Below, one piece after another: positions 1 to 13,510 of a stretch of DNA of 64,000 nucleotides. The stretch comes from Hydrolagus affinis (Eukaryota): the NCBI GenBank assembly GCA_012026655.1, contig JAAILG010000176.1, positions 1 to 64,000 on the forward strand, read 5' to 3'. Position 1 is the stretch's first letter. Every line of letters starts with the position of its first letter. The translations under genes were made by a program, and so were the position numbers. The notes beneath the pieces were generated by a model, which saw only the letters and a list, made by a program, of their open reading frames with translations, was not told where the DNA came from and ran no database searches.

Positions 1-1126
1 TTTAATAGGAAAGGCAACGAAGGGGTTAAGGTGGAAAATACTCAGACACATCCGCAGCATCTGTTTCAATAATAAGACTGTGTGGTGAATGCTGAGCAGG
101 TGAATGTATGCCTAATTGGCCTAACGTTATGGTTTCAGGATGTAATGGAACATTACAGTTTGTACTAATTTTCGATTGACAATTGTTTTCTGATGAATTC
201 AGACCTTCTTTTATATGTGAAATGTGAAGAGGTTACCGAGCAGGCATCTTGCCTTTCCAATTAGTATTGTGCGTTGATTTTATTGAGAAATTTGATAAAG
301 AAAGGAATTGACAGATATCTTAATTCCCAGAAACCAGAATAACCTCAGAATTATCCTTTTCCAATGTACTTTTAGTCATACTATTGAGACAGTGCATTGT
401 TAACTAGATAGATTATGTAAAATCTAAGATTTCATCCTTTATATTGTATATAGTTTTTGTTTAATGTAAAATTACAATCCCTTTTAAATTATGGTCAGAA
501 AACAAATCTTGTAAACTTATTTTCTGGTACATTGAAAACATATTTTTATTATGATATCCTGTCGTTGGAGATTTCTGACTTTGTTTAGTAGTATTTATAC
601 ATCTGAAAAGCCATAACTTGTTGCCTTATATAAACTCAAAGGTATTGAGATAAAATAATTTGAGGGGAAAGTCGGATGTAAAGAAAGGGATACACAATAC
701 TTCCCCCACAAAATATGGCTGTAATCTTCACTCAGCACAGAGTGATGGACCAGTGTTTTATGGAACATTTGACAATGGAAACCTGCCTAATTAGTGAGAT
801 GGAATTTATTAACAGGAACGGTCACATTATGAGATGATTAGTACGTGTGCAGTGTGAACCTGTTTGCTGTCATAATGAGATACACAGCAGATTTTTCCAT
901 TTGGGAATCCATTTTAGGATTTGGCACCATCTCAAAACCATAACAGTTCTGATGTGCTTAAGTCACCTGCTCCTCAGTATTTTGCTGCTCACTGTTCTAT
1001 TATAAAGTTAGACAGTAGAGGCGGATGCTATTGCTTAAATTCACGAGGGAGACATTTTGCAGACAAAGTGATTTGTGTGGTACGAGAGATAAGAAAGTTT
1101 GTATTTTTCAAAACTTTGGGACCAGC

Positions 1127-1222
1127 TTAATAATAATCCTTACATTTGGTACATCATTTCATGTCAGCAGGATGTCTAAAAGTGCTTCACAAGATATGTT
1201 GTGAAGTGGAGTGACTGTGTTT
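1127..1222 (-). mobile_element. Degenerate SINE 3' tail fragment
   Basis: taataataatccttacatttg...aaagtgcttcaca matches the reverse complement of the SINE tails elsewhere in the window. Confidence 0.6.
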
Positions 1223-1842
1223 TACGGTGAATGTAACAGTGACCCATTGCAATTTGAAGAGTTTATGAGGCTTGGAAATAATGGGGGTATATTTTGTACT
1301 TAATATTATTTGTTTCAAAACTGAATAGACAAAGACAAATTTTCACAAAATGCAAGGCAAATGCATTTGTTCCAGAATAAATTTTCTATGCATTGATCAC
1401 CAGTTTTTATGAGCCCATTTGTCAGCAGTGCAGTTTTACAAGCAATATCACGAAAGTTGAAGGATCTTCAGTGGAAGTGTGTTTCTTTTAATTTCATGCT
1501 TTTTAATTGAAGGGATGGAAAATCTGTTGCAACTGGAACTATCTCAAGTTTTTTTTCTTAAAGTTTGAGGGTTTGTTTCAAAGTAGTTGGAGGTAAAACA
1601 AACTCCCCCAAATAAACTGCTTATACACACAGATAACCATTACATTAAAATTTGGAAGAACATCCTTTAATACTGTGCACTGGGAGTTTAACCCCAGGGA
1701 CTAAATTTGTGGAAACTGGCGACCATGATGAAATATATTAGTTCCACACGCCTTCCAATTGATTTTGTTGCTTTTTGACTGCTGTTAATGTAATCTGTAA
1801 AGCTGTCCCTCACATTTGAGCAGAATTGTCTTTCTTCTCCAG

Positions 1843-1965
1843 AGGATGACGAATGTGGGAATGGACAGCACAACTGCGACGAGAATGCAATCTGCACAAA
1901 CACTGTTAGAGGACATCGTTGTACCTGCAAGCCTGGTTATGTGGGGAATGGAACCATCTGTCGAG
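1843..1965 (+). CDS. NELL1: NELL1 exon, EGF-like domain: (E)DDECGNGQHNCDENAICTNTVRGHRCTCKPGYVGNGTICR
   Basis: Acceptor tttcttctccag, donor G|gtaggg, 123 nt, phase 1-1, six-cysteine EGF spacing. Not in the ORF track. Confidence 0.95.
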
Positions 1966-2923
1966 GTAGGGAGTGCAGCTGGTTGGGACTAAAGTGCTAT
2001 TTTTATTCCGCGCTCTTTTAGAAGCGTTGACAAGTGTGTGCAACAACTCAGATTAGACTTGGTCTCCGGTCTAATCACTAGCCTTTAGAGTTCAGTCTGG
2101 AAAGTGACAGAATGTCATTGTTGCAATACTGTTCTTTTCCATAACTACTCCAACCCTTCCCTTATTTGCTTGTTCCCCCCTCACCCCCCACCCCCCTCTA
2201 CTGTTTCAAGGCTCATCTCTAACTTGTACTTTCGATCCCCGCCCTCCAGCTTGGGTGCCCAGCCAACAGGATTGAGATACTATTCCTTTTTATACATAGG
2301 ATGGTAATATTCTGGTCACGCGCACCAACTCTGGAAGGTGTTTTGGGACCATCTAAAACTGAATAATATCAGAATGAAAATTCCTGTTGCTACCTGAGGT
2401 TTGGCAGTGTCCATTGTTCTGTTGTGTTGTGTCTCGGGGGCTCCCCACCAGAAACTGTTCTCCAGCCAGTTCTGTATATAAATAGCAGTGTGAAGGCAGA
2501 TGTTACTGCTTTTCACACACACGCTTTGCTGTTGGTTACAATCACACCCTAATGAGCAGATTTTGCCATCTCACTTCAATTATCAAGATGTGCTGTTGCG
2601 TGTTCTTCAGAGAAAACCTTCCCATCATTTACAAAATTTTGTTTAACGTACATTGTATTATACTTAAACTCTGGTGTCAGTATCTGCATAGCACTTTGCT
2701 GAATACAAGTGGTGCTTTTGGAAGTTTGACTAAAATGGCAAAGTGTCTCATTCATCTTAAATGCTAAGTGCTACAGTTTAATGTTCTAGAAATCAATATC
2801 CCCCCAACCTCGAAACAAAAATGCCTCAGCAATACCTCCCCCAAAATTCTGCTTGTTTCAGTTCCATACTGACAATTATATTTGTCTGCAGACTGTCATG
2901 GTGTAGCGCCCATAGTTATGTCC

Positions 2924-3000
2924 AGCGCCTTGGGATGTCCTCCCGACGTGAAAGGCGCTCTATAAATGTAATTTTGTTGTTTTTGTATTTTGTTGTTTCT
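2924..3000 (+). mobile_element. L2 LINE 3' terminal fragment
   Basis: agcgccttgggatgtcctcccgacgtgaaaggcgctctataaatgtaattttgttg, same tail as the copies at 21490 and 51774. Confidence 0.75.
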
Positions 3001-6000
3001 TATCTCTGGGTGAGAATTACACACACCTTTCAGGTGCACGTTGAAATAAGCAAACCTTCTCCTCTCAAATTACTATTCGCGTACGTACCCAGTCAGAGCG
3101 GTCTCACAAAATACACCCAAAACTTGTCTTTTAATAAAATATTCCTTATTTATTCAAATCCATATGCTTCACACATATATTCTCACAGTTGGAGCATTCT
3201 ACACAATTCTTATCTAATACGTTGATAATACTATATTAATATAACTTTAACAAAGCATAATATCTTATACTTTATAAGATATCTAACCACTGAGCCTCAA
3301 CACTTGGATCACCAAAGGTAAACAAATAGAGTAACCTTACCTCAAATTCATTTCTCTTATAAGTTCCTGAAATTCAGAGTTTTTGTAATTAATGATATTG
3401 AAGTCAAATGTTAGTTAAAACTACAAAACTTAACAACCGTCATATAATTTAATTCCCCCTCTTTTATACATCAAATGTACATTTGTGAGTTTTTTTTACC
3501 CAATCTGTCCTCGGTACATTGACCAACTCAACTCCTAATTGACTTGATATTTCCTCCTTCAATAAATCCTTCGTATTTTGAGAGTTCGAAAATATATACA
3601 GTACTTGTTAACTGAACTATCATTCAGACTAAAAGACTCCAGACAAGACCATAAAACTCAGAAAATCGAACAAAAAAAGCCGTAAACCAAAAGCACTTAA
3701 CCAATATTTTTACACATTAACCGAGATAAACAGATTGATAACTCCATCTAACAAATTCAACAGACTATTTGGCTCTGAACACTGTGACTCCTCTCCATGA
3801 ACTCTATTTTGATTAATGCTTAACCACCTCACAAGACAATAGTCAATGCTAAATGAACTTTGCTAAATCAACTGTTGTTACAACTTATGTAGCATCAACC
3901 TCTGCCTTGGTAGAAACACCTGAACGAAATGCCAGCACAGTCCCGTTTGTCTTTTGATCACACGTTGTCATCATCAGTAGTTATTGCTTAAGTGCTGCAT
4001 TTTTTTCATTGGAAGGGTTTTAATTCAAATAAGATGACCCATTGGAAATAATTGGTCACCACAGACTGAACCATACGAGGAGAAGGCAGATAAAATATGG
4101 GGATTAAAACCTCTGCCTGAGTAGCAAAGGAAGTTTATTAATAATGGTACAATCTTTGTGTTGCATTGCAATGCAGACTGCTGTCTGATAACTTATTGTT
4201 TCATTGGTGGATTTTATTTGAAACCTTCACTCTTTCGCTTCTTTATTAATCGCATTAATTTTTCCAACATGTGGAATTAGTAGAGTTTCTGGCTCCGAGC
4301 CATGGTGAAAACCAAAACCCAATAAGTCAAGAGGGAATTTAATTTGCATTTTATATACCGTGTTTACTTTTTTTTAAAAAAGAAAGCTTTTACCAATGGT
4401 AATGTGCCGAGATTGAAGGTTTTACATGAAATAGTTGAATTGTGGTTAATGAAACAGGAAACTAAACACTTAAATCGGCTAAGTAAATATTGTGACAAGA
4501 GCCAAAGAGGGCTCACATTGCTAATCCCTCCACAAGTGGATGTGTTTGACACTGATAAGCCTTACAGTGTCTAACTGAGTTGAACTACATTGACTCTTTT
4601 CCACCAATATATCAATACAAAGATCCAAGCTGTTAAAAATGTAGTTTTTTTTGTCAGAATGCTTCAATTTTTAAAAAATATTTATTGGAAGTATATAACT
4701 CTTCAAATCAAAGTATTATTTCACAGTAAAATTATTTCTCCTTATTTCTGAACTGAATGCCACCATACCTTTGGTATAAACTGTGTGCGTGCCAACAAAG
4801 CACGCACACAACACAACAGAGATGTGCTTGAGATGTGTTCTTTGCACTAACTTTCAAAGTCAATTTTGAGAAAAAATATACATTATTCATATCTACCTTC
4901 TTTCCCTCCACCAAACACATTCTTCCTCTCACTCCGACAATGTAGATAGAATTCATTAAGTCTCATTGAGTATTTTGACATCTTTATCTATTTCTATTCT
5001 TGTTCGTCTAATACTTTTCACAACCAGTTAATTTTTCAAGAAGTTAATTAATGCAACATCAGTTACTTTTTACTTGTGAGTCTGTTCCAAATAGCCACCA
5101 TATTATCGGAATTTTTTGATATCGCTAGTCCCATTGTGAGAATTTTTAATTAAATTTTAAGTCAAATAGCCAAAGTCTATCACCATAAGTCAGTTTGCTT
5201 CTCATTATTTAAAGATCCGGATTACATTCTCCCCACCAACAACCACCCACCCCCACCCCCATCCCATCATTAACCCACTATGAAATAATTCTTTGTGAGC
5301 TTATCCTAATAATTTGGAGATTTAATGCCGTGACTTATCGTTGTTTTCTTAAAATTCACAAGCACCACAACAAATTTCAAGTGCTAACTCCTGATCTGAG
5401 GAGGTTTGGAAAAGTCAAATCCCCTGAAGACACAACATAGTATCTGAGCATTTTTTTTCATGGCAGCTTTGTATTGACTGGGATCCTTCCAATAAAAAGA
5501 TCAATATTCAACGCCTAAGGTTCACACTAGAATGATAAAATTATAATGGGTAACTAAACACATTGCAGGTGATGATGTGTGAATGGAAATGCCACTTTTA
5601 TGGTTTGTGATGCTGCCTAAATCCCTCAAGTGTGAACCTCACCTTTTCTTGTGATTTTTATGTGTCTTAGTTGATGGTTTCCCATCCCCCCCCCACCCAC
5701 CACATCCCCCGCCCCACCCCCACGTGCATATTTTAATTATTTGTGTCATTGTCATTTTGAGTATGTGTGTGCATCTTTCTCTCACATACACAATTACACC
5801 CAACACAACTCTTTAATAGCCATGAAACATTGAGTTAGAGATATCCTGAATTTGTTGCTATTGCAACAGGTTTGATCCGTCAAGTTATAATTACCTTGGC
5901 AATCTCACAGGTCTCATTTCAGATTGCCATTAGACTAGCTTATTAAATTAACATTTTCTTCACTTATCACAATTTCACAGAGTTACCATGTTAAATTTGT

Positions 6001-6226
6001 CAACATCTTCATTTCTGATATTTCGTATTGAGAGTCTGTTGGGTCCAGTGGAATGGTTTAAAGCTAATAGTAATATGGAGTCTGAGGGTATGTGATCTTA
6101 TGTGGCCAAAAATAGAACAGTAAAAAAATATGTTTTACTGAGAAGGATTACCGGACATTGAACTGGACACTATATTCTCTGCTTCCATACAGAAACTATT
6201 TTGTTCAACTTTGTGTGACAGAACAA

Positions 6227-6365
6227 TAGTAATAATAATATCTGTATTTGATATAGTGCCTTTTTCTTCAGGAGGCAGTTTCGAAGTGCTTCATTTACAG
6301 GGTGTACTGTAAAGTGTGGTGATCGTGTATTTAGCAGACAAATGCAGTAATTTACACACGGCAAC
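6227..6365 (-). mobile_element. Old SINE 3' fragment
   Basis: (AAT)n then ctgtatttgatatagtgcc...aagtgcttca...actgtaaagtg, a diverged reverse SINE tail. Confidence 0.6.
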
Positions 6366-6434
6366 TTATTCCCTGGATTCTTAAGGCACAGGAAACAAAT
6401 CCTTTCTGATTTTAAATAATAAAAATTTATCATT

Positions 6435-6830
6435 GCAATCCACGATTTTCAAAATCCTGCTGTGTTTCTCCCACATATGTCTATTCACTTTACAGTATAT
6501 TCTGTGAAGCACTTTGATGTCTAGAAGACGTGATAAGGCTCTATATCAAATAATAATAATCCTTGCATTTGATATAGTACTTTTCACATCTTCTAGGCGT
6601 CTCAAAGGCCTTCACAGAATATACTGGAAAGGGAATTGACTGTATATTTGTGGGCGAAACGTGGCAGCCAATTGCTCATAGCAGTGTCCCACAAACAGTC
6701 ATGGATTGAAATGACCAATTTATTATCATGCTAAGGAATCTTTCATGTCCACCTCAAGAGCCAGATAGGATGTTGCTTTAGAGTCTCATCTGAAGGAAGA
6801 CAACTCAATGATACAACAATCCTCAGCATT
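6435..6830. mobile_element. Tail-to-tail SINE pair (+ then -) followed by a Deu-domain remnant (-)
   Basis: + tail 6435-6551, - SINE 6551-6725, then gaatctttcatgtccacctcaagagccag...gtctcatctgaagga resembling the reverse Deu domain. Confidence 0.75.
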
Positions 6831-9800
6831 GAGCTAGTTTGCCACAACTTAAATAATTCCACAAAGTTTTGAATATTAGGCTTGAAACATATGTCCTTGT
6901 ATTTGCCAGTAGCATTTCCTTATGTAAAGAGATGTCCTGACCCGTACCATCTGATCAGCACAAAAGGAAAGTCCACATTCAGTGTTTTGCTTTGGAAATT
7001 CTTCATCCATCCATTCATCCATCCATAATTCGGCTGAAATTATATTATTATCCAAGAGTTCAACATAATACCAATTTTATTGCATTCAGAACCAAATGTG
7101 TACATTGTTATTTAAATAGCTTTCTAAATGCACGGAAGAGCCACAGTTGATCATTAATGTGAATTTGATTTAATTATACATTCTAATCTTTCCCTGCACA
7201 CTCTGTCCATAATGCACCATTCTATAGAGTGCATAGTTGCACTTAATTGTTAGTAGCCCAATTAGAACAGCTTATTTGCTGAAAAGCAATTGAATTAGTA
7301 TTCACGGGTACAGAGACCGGCAGATGGTTCCCAGTACACCCATTTGTAAATATTAACTATGAGTAGGTTGTTGAGGGTTGGGAATAATCCAACACAATGG
7401 CAAGACGATGATTTAGCAGTTGCGAACGCACTATTTCCAGACCGCCCATTTAAAGGCAAGTAAGACATTTATAAGACGACGGGTCCCTTAGAATATGTAG
7501 TGAAGTGTCGAATGTTGTGTGTACACCTTTGGTGTAGAACTGTTAATTGTCTTACTTGCTGAGGAGCTCTTTGACACAATGGCACGAAGGAATACCTCGT
7601 ATCAATAATGCCTGATTGATGAGTTGCCCACGAATCATTCTCCCACAAGGCTCGCAACTTGTCTTCACTGAAAGGTTATTCAGCTCGCCGATCACATCAG
7701 CACGGCTGAATTACTCTAGGTAGAGAGGAGTGCTGTACAATGCTGCCAACGTCAGCACCACGGTGGTTGAGGCTTGGGAATCTCAACTTGATGTTTTGAA
7801 AAACAAAGGCTTGATGCAGTGATGGGAGGACAGCAAAGTGGGTCTTATGGAAGGATGAGATCAGATAGGCTGAAAGGGCCTCCTTCATCCAGACTAATGA
7901 TGCTAAAGCTCAGTCCCAGTTAATGAAACATTCTTGGATTAGCTGACCAAAGGTAAGGACCACGGTTGTGGCTGGGGACGGATACTTATCTGGCGGGTCT
8001 GCTCATCTGGGGGTGGATCTTTATATTCGGAGGTGATGGAACAGGTTAACTACGCTTTGAGTAGCTGAAACAAATGCCCGATAGAAACAAATCAATGATG
8101 TGGAGAATGAAAACGGGATGGGTACTTTTTTTTTAAAAAGGAAAACTGATTATTGGGGTGGATGAAGCTTAGCTACTCCATACTTTCCATCATACAATAT
8201 CAAGCCTTTACAAGATTGTGACTGAAGCTGCGCCTCAAACTGTGTTTATTGTATGAATACAAAAAGCTTCTGCAGGTACAACTCATTGTTCTGTGTCAGT
8301 ACAAAGAGTCTTTTCAGAACATTTGTGATGAAATTTTCCACTGCGCCAGCTGAATCTTCTTATGCTGTGTAGAGATAGAGAAGCATTAAACCAGAGCTAG
8401 CCAGCAGAGCTATGCTGATTGCTTCGCATGTTAACCCACAGGGAGGCTACTGAGTTGCTCTTTGACACGACAGCACAAATTCTCAGCAACTGCTGGGGTC
8501 AGTTCAGTGAAATTGAGCTGTCCCCTATTGCACTCTGTTGTTAGGCTGGCAACTCACATATTTAATAAAACAGAATTTTGCAGACCTTGAGAAACAGCTT
8601 GACCATACAATCCGCAGAGTGGATGTGAACTCTGCCCTGCATTTTGATGGAATGGAAAAGATTGTACATTGTAAAGCAGTTCAGCATTGCCACATGTGGG
8701 TCCCTAAGTTAGCTTGCATTCTACCTGTATCGAATCAACAACCTGAACATTAACATATACATTTTTTAAAAAAATGCACTTTCCAAGAAACTTTGTTACA
8801 AAGTGAATGCGAGCCTGAATTGTTCAATGAGGTTGTTAACTTGCACAATAATTTGAGGATGTTGGAATTGTGAATTCGACACACGCAAAATGTAACGCCT
8901 TATTCATTCGACGTCCTCCTGAATGGAGAACTCACAATCTTGTAATAATAGGAGAGAAAGTTGTAACGTGCAAAGAAAAAGGAAGAATTATTGCCAAGTA
9001 TAAGGGATCTATAGTGGACATGTATCCTTATTAATTTTGCATGATGGGTTAAGGGGGTCTTCTCTTTGAAAACTAAAGAGAGCCAAGCAGTTGCACATTG
9101 CGAATTATTGAGGAGACACCATTTAACGGATGATAGATCGTTATCCAAATCATCGGATTGTTGTTTTAAACTGCATTCGTTTCTAAAACAAAATCTCCAC
9201 CACACAAATTGAGGATTGAGAGGATCGAGTCGGTAGTTAGCACCCTTGAGAGATTTGGATTGAATCATGGCAGACACTCATTAACCATCAACAAGCTCAC
9301 TTCATGGTAGTTTGCAATCTACAGCCTGAATGAACTAAAGTGCTGCTAAAATGGATTATGGTATAATGACTTTTTCTATAAATTATGTCCTTTAATTAAT
9401 GGCTACTGTGCTTTCACGAGAGCATTTTCACTTACCATCTCTACCAATTAATGATGGTGAAGCGACAGGCAACTCGCTTAAAATAGTCGAGTGACTTAAT
9501 AAAATGCCAGGTTACTCTCTATAATCGATATTAAAACAATTAAAATGACTCCAATGATCTTTATGGCACTGCTGCGCATATACTTTTTCCACATATCCTA
9601 CTGTGGGCAAGTCTAGCTCTCTGAACTCAGCAACTGCATTTTAATTGCATCCCTGAAGGGAATCAGCTTCTATAATTATGAATCTTTTCATACAGCGAAG
9701 TTTCAGCTTGTACTTGCGTTTCTGCGTGAGGATAAACAACTTTTAATGAAGGTATCTGCATATGGTTGTTCCTGTTAATATCTAACTGGCACTAGGAAGT

Positions 9801-11936
9801 TTGAGTGATTCTTTCTACTAAATAGGGTAATGTATGTTGATTTCATTGTGTGCTGCTTCATTTGGTTGAGGTTGTCTTCCGTAAGTCTTTTGGGGGGAAT
9901 TCTTTAAGCTATTCAGCTACATTACTTCCTCGATTTGCTCATGGCTATACATACCCTTTTTTTGTTCAGCATGATAGCTTTTGTGCTCATTTCTGAACAG
10001 ACTTTCCAATGCCTCGCAATAATTTTTTCGATTTGCAACATTGAACGATCCTCCTGGGATCCTCATGCCATGTGTTGTTCATTTATTTACAAACACCAAG
10101 CAGCTGCAGCCGAACTGAAGCTATTTCCAACAGTGAAGAATCCTCAGCTGAGCAGATCATTCTCTCGTAGGTTTAAGGTTTGGAGATATTTTATGCGAAT
10201 GTGAGCAGGGATGTAGAAGCTGTAATTTTCTGAAGGTCAAAGGGTTGTTTTTTTTAATAGATATGTAATGGTTGTGATTGAATGGACTTGACTGTGATTT
10301 GATGAGACATTTCGTCCAATCTGTTTGCTGAAAGTAATTCTTAGCCATTTCCAGCCACCCACAGTCTGTGTTTCTCCTTCCTATACTTACTCTGCGGAAA
10401 ACTCAATATTAGATCTATCATCATGCTCCTCCTTCCAGGCAGTTTTCTAAGCTGGAATATCAATTGTAAACCCACCTGTAATTAGGTGATTCTTTTAAGT
10501 TTCCAATTTCCCTAATGGGTTGCCCAAGACTTTTAGAACAATTGCAGTCATCAGCTCATTCCAATGCCGGTCTTCAGAGTGCAAAAGGATAGGAATAGAA
10601 GCTCTACATTATGTGTAAATGCTGGTCCATGGTAAAACCATTAGCTTGGTCCAGACTGATAATAACATGATATTTTAACAGTGGATCATCTTCTAGCAGG
10701 AATCATTCCTACACTTGAATAAAGTAAGATGCGTAGGCTTACAAATATAAGTTCTGTGTAGCTTTTTAAAAATCTTTTGTCTTGGCGATTGGCTTCATTA
10801 AGGTTCTACTACACATGTGACTTGAATCCAGGTATCTGCATTTACTGCAATGCAACAGCCAGGAATGATATGTCTGCCTGATTTTTCCTCTCATTCATTG
10901 CCTGTGGCGATGATTTTCCCTCGATGGACCATTTGCGAATCGTAGTTATAAAACCATGCCTTCGTGCTTCATAGTGCAGTGCATTAGTACACCAATCTGG
11001 TGTTTCGCATTACTTGCCAACATTTGCAATGTACCACAATGATTGCATGTATATATGTATATATATATATATACATACATACTATTTACAGCAGACAATT
11101 TACTGTTGCACAATTTGTTCAGTGCTTTCAAAGCCTTACTGCATATTTTACTGTTGTTCTAATAACTTCAGTATGAGGTTATTTGCTGAATAGCAATGCA
11201 GAGTGCATATATGCAGTGAAGTAATTATTTCATCCTGTTTGGATTTGAGAGAACCTTTTGAAGAAATTGAGGTTGCTGCGTTTCTTAATAGGAATCTTGC
11301 TCTATTTCAAAATTCAAATCTGAGAAATGCAGATTGTCACTTACCTAAAATTTGAAAGCCTGAGGCATAATTTGCAGGATGAAAGCATGTAAAGCTTGGC
11401 TCCCAAATCAGTGATTCTATACTTCCTAACCATTGACATCCCCAGCCACTGTAATGGATTCACATAGAGAATTCCTGTTGCACATCAAGTTCATTTTTAT
11501 TAATGAAGAATCCGAGTTCAATCCTGATACTTTGCCCAGGCATCTGTATTCCCCAAATGCTCTTTCCACCATAGAGACATGCATCATGCATACATGAAAG
11601 CTTCCTGTTTAAAGGGGCACTGTACATTTAAAAAAAAAAATTAGATCTTAGTAGTTGGCTACCAAAAATGGATCTTCTACCAGCTGTGGTGAACCATGAC
11701 CTTCTAGTGAGACCAGGTATATATTGCCCCTTGCTACAAAAAGCACTGCTTCCTAACCTTACAGCAACTTGATGCTATGATTACACGCCATTTCAAATCA
11801 CTTCCCTCCCTTCCCAGCGGTATAGCAATGCAAAGTGGAAAACATGGTTTATCCATTGCTGCGAATGAGGTCTGAATAAAAGCGAAAGTCCACATTTGAG
11901 GATTTCAGCAGATGCGACTCTCCCATGTCAATATTA

Positions 11937-12200
11937 AGTAATCCTTGCATTCTGATATTGTGGCATTGGGAGGTTGTCTCAAAGTGCTTCACATGATTTT
12001 ATTGTAAAGTGTAGTGAGTGTGTATTTTATGGGCTAACCCTGCAGCCAATCTGCACGCAGTGATATCCCATAAACGGCCATGAATTGAACATTTCATCTG
12101 TGGATGGTTGATTAGGACACCAGGGAGAAACACCTTTTTTAATGTCTACCCGAGAGGGTAAACAGCAACTTGGTTTCATATGTCATTTGAAGGACATCTC
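11937..12200 (-). mobile_element. Degenerate Deu-domain SINE
   Basis: Reverse SINE tail followed by ggacaccagggagaa...aatgtctacccgagagggtaaacag...cttggtttcatatgtcatttgaaggac. Confidence 0.6.
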
Positions 12201-13077
12201 ATTTTTAATAACCAATAAAGAAATGGTTACTGAACTTCTCGACCTGTTTAATTTTGCCGTGAAAACTTTAGGTTGTCAAGTCATAACCTGCAAATGAATG
12301 TCAACATGCAGCGATGATGTATGTTGCTGTACACATGGAATGGAAAATTGGATAATTTGCCTGCGTTTCTTGTACAAGGAAATGACTGACGAGCCAAAGG
12401 GATGAAGTGATAAGGTTTTCTAATGAATCTTTTTTTTTTTTAATTGTCTGGAGAACAAAATAACATGTTTGAGTTTCCTTTCAAGCAGATTAGAATTTTA
12501 CTGAGTAATCCCAAAATAAAGCATAGGCTCCTGCATCTTTAAAATGTCAAGAGTTTCTTCTCAAATTGATGAAATTAACTCCAGATCAATGCCATCCTTA
12601 TCCAAGCATTGAATACCAATGTACCAGGCTACTTTCTGTTTCCTCTCATTGGCTAGAAATCCTCAACCATGCAAAACGCACACGAGTAAAGTATTAAGCC
12701 AAGCATGAAATGCTCCCCAAGAATAATTGAACACACTGCAGTCAGTTTGGCAACTGACTTCACCTCGACACCACACAGCAAAACGCTAATTCATTTTAAA
12801 TAGCCTATGCTTTTAAAACTTTTATCGAATTGCAGATTGTTTTGCTGAATGGATGATTATATTACAGTATATAGATTGAGGTATCTGTGTTGCCAACCTT
12901 TCTTTGACATTCATCTGTAGTTGATAGCAATGTGCAGAGGCAGAAATTTAAATTTGCTCGACCTCGTTTAGAGCTCTCGGCCCTTGATTCTCTGGTGCTC
13001 ATTTCAGGAGTTCAGGTGAGTTTCCGTTAGTATAGCTGCACTTGTATCTTGACCTATTGAACAAGGCCATCCACTAT

Positions 13078-13287
13078 ACATCCGTTACTTTCGCTCCTCC
13101 GGTTCTGGTCTCCTCCTTGTCCCCCGAATCCTCCGCTCCACTATCGGCGGCCGTGCCTTCAGCCACTATGCCCCAAAGCTCTGGAACTCAATCCCTTCAC
13201 CTCGCCCCCTCTTCCTAGCTTCAGGTCTCAGCTGAAGACCTTTCTTTCCAGGATCCTGAGACGCTGTCCGGCGTGGAGGGCGCTATA
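13078..13287 (+). mobile_element. L2 LINE 3' fragment (ORF2 C-terminus joined to tail)
   Basis: Translates to RSSGSGLLLVPRILRSTIGGRAFSHYAPKLWNS, typical of the L2 ORF2 end; tail gcgctatataaatcaaag(ttg)n. Confidence 0.8.
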
Positions 13288-13364
13288 TAAATCAAAGTTG
13301 TTGTTGTACATTCAGCTATCGGAATCGGTCTATTATTGCACTGTAACTGGCACAACATCAAAGC

Positions 13365-13510
13365 AGCAACAACAACAAAATTACATTTGTAAAGCGCCTT
13401 TCATGTTGGGAGGACATCCCAAGGTGCTGAACAGTCAAGGATCAGGACCCGTTCATGGTGGGCCAGGGTTAGAATGAGGGAGAGCAGAAGGACAGCTGAA
13501 GGCACAGTAG
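13365..13510 (-). mobile_element. L2 LINE 3' fragment
   Basis: (caa)n aaattacatttgtaaagcgcctttcatgttgggaggacatcccaagg. Confidence 0.7.
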
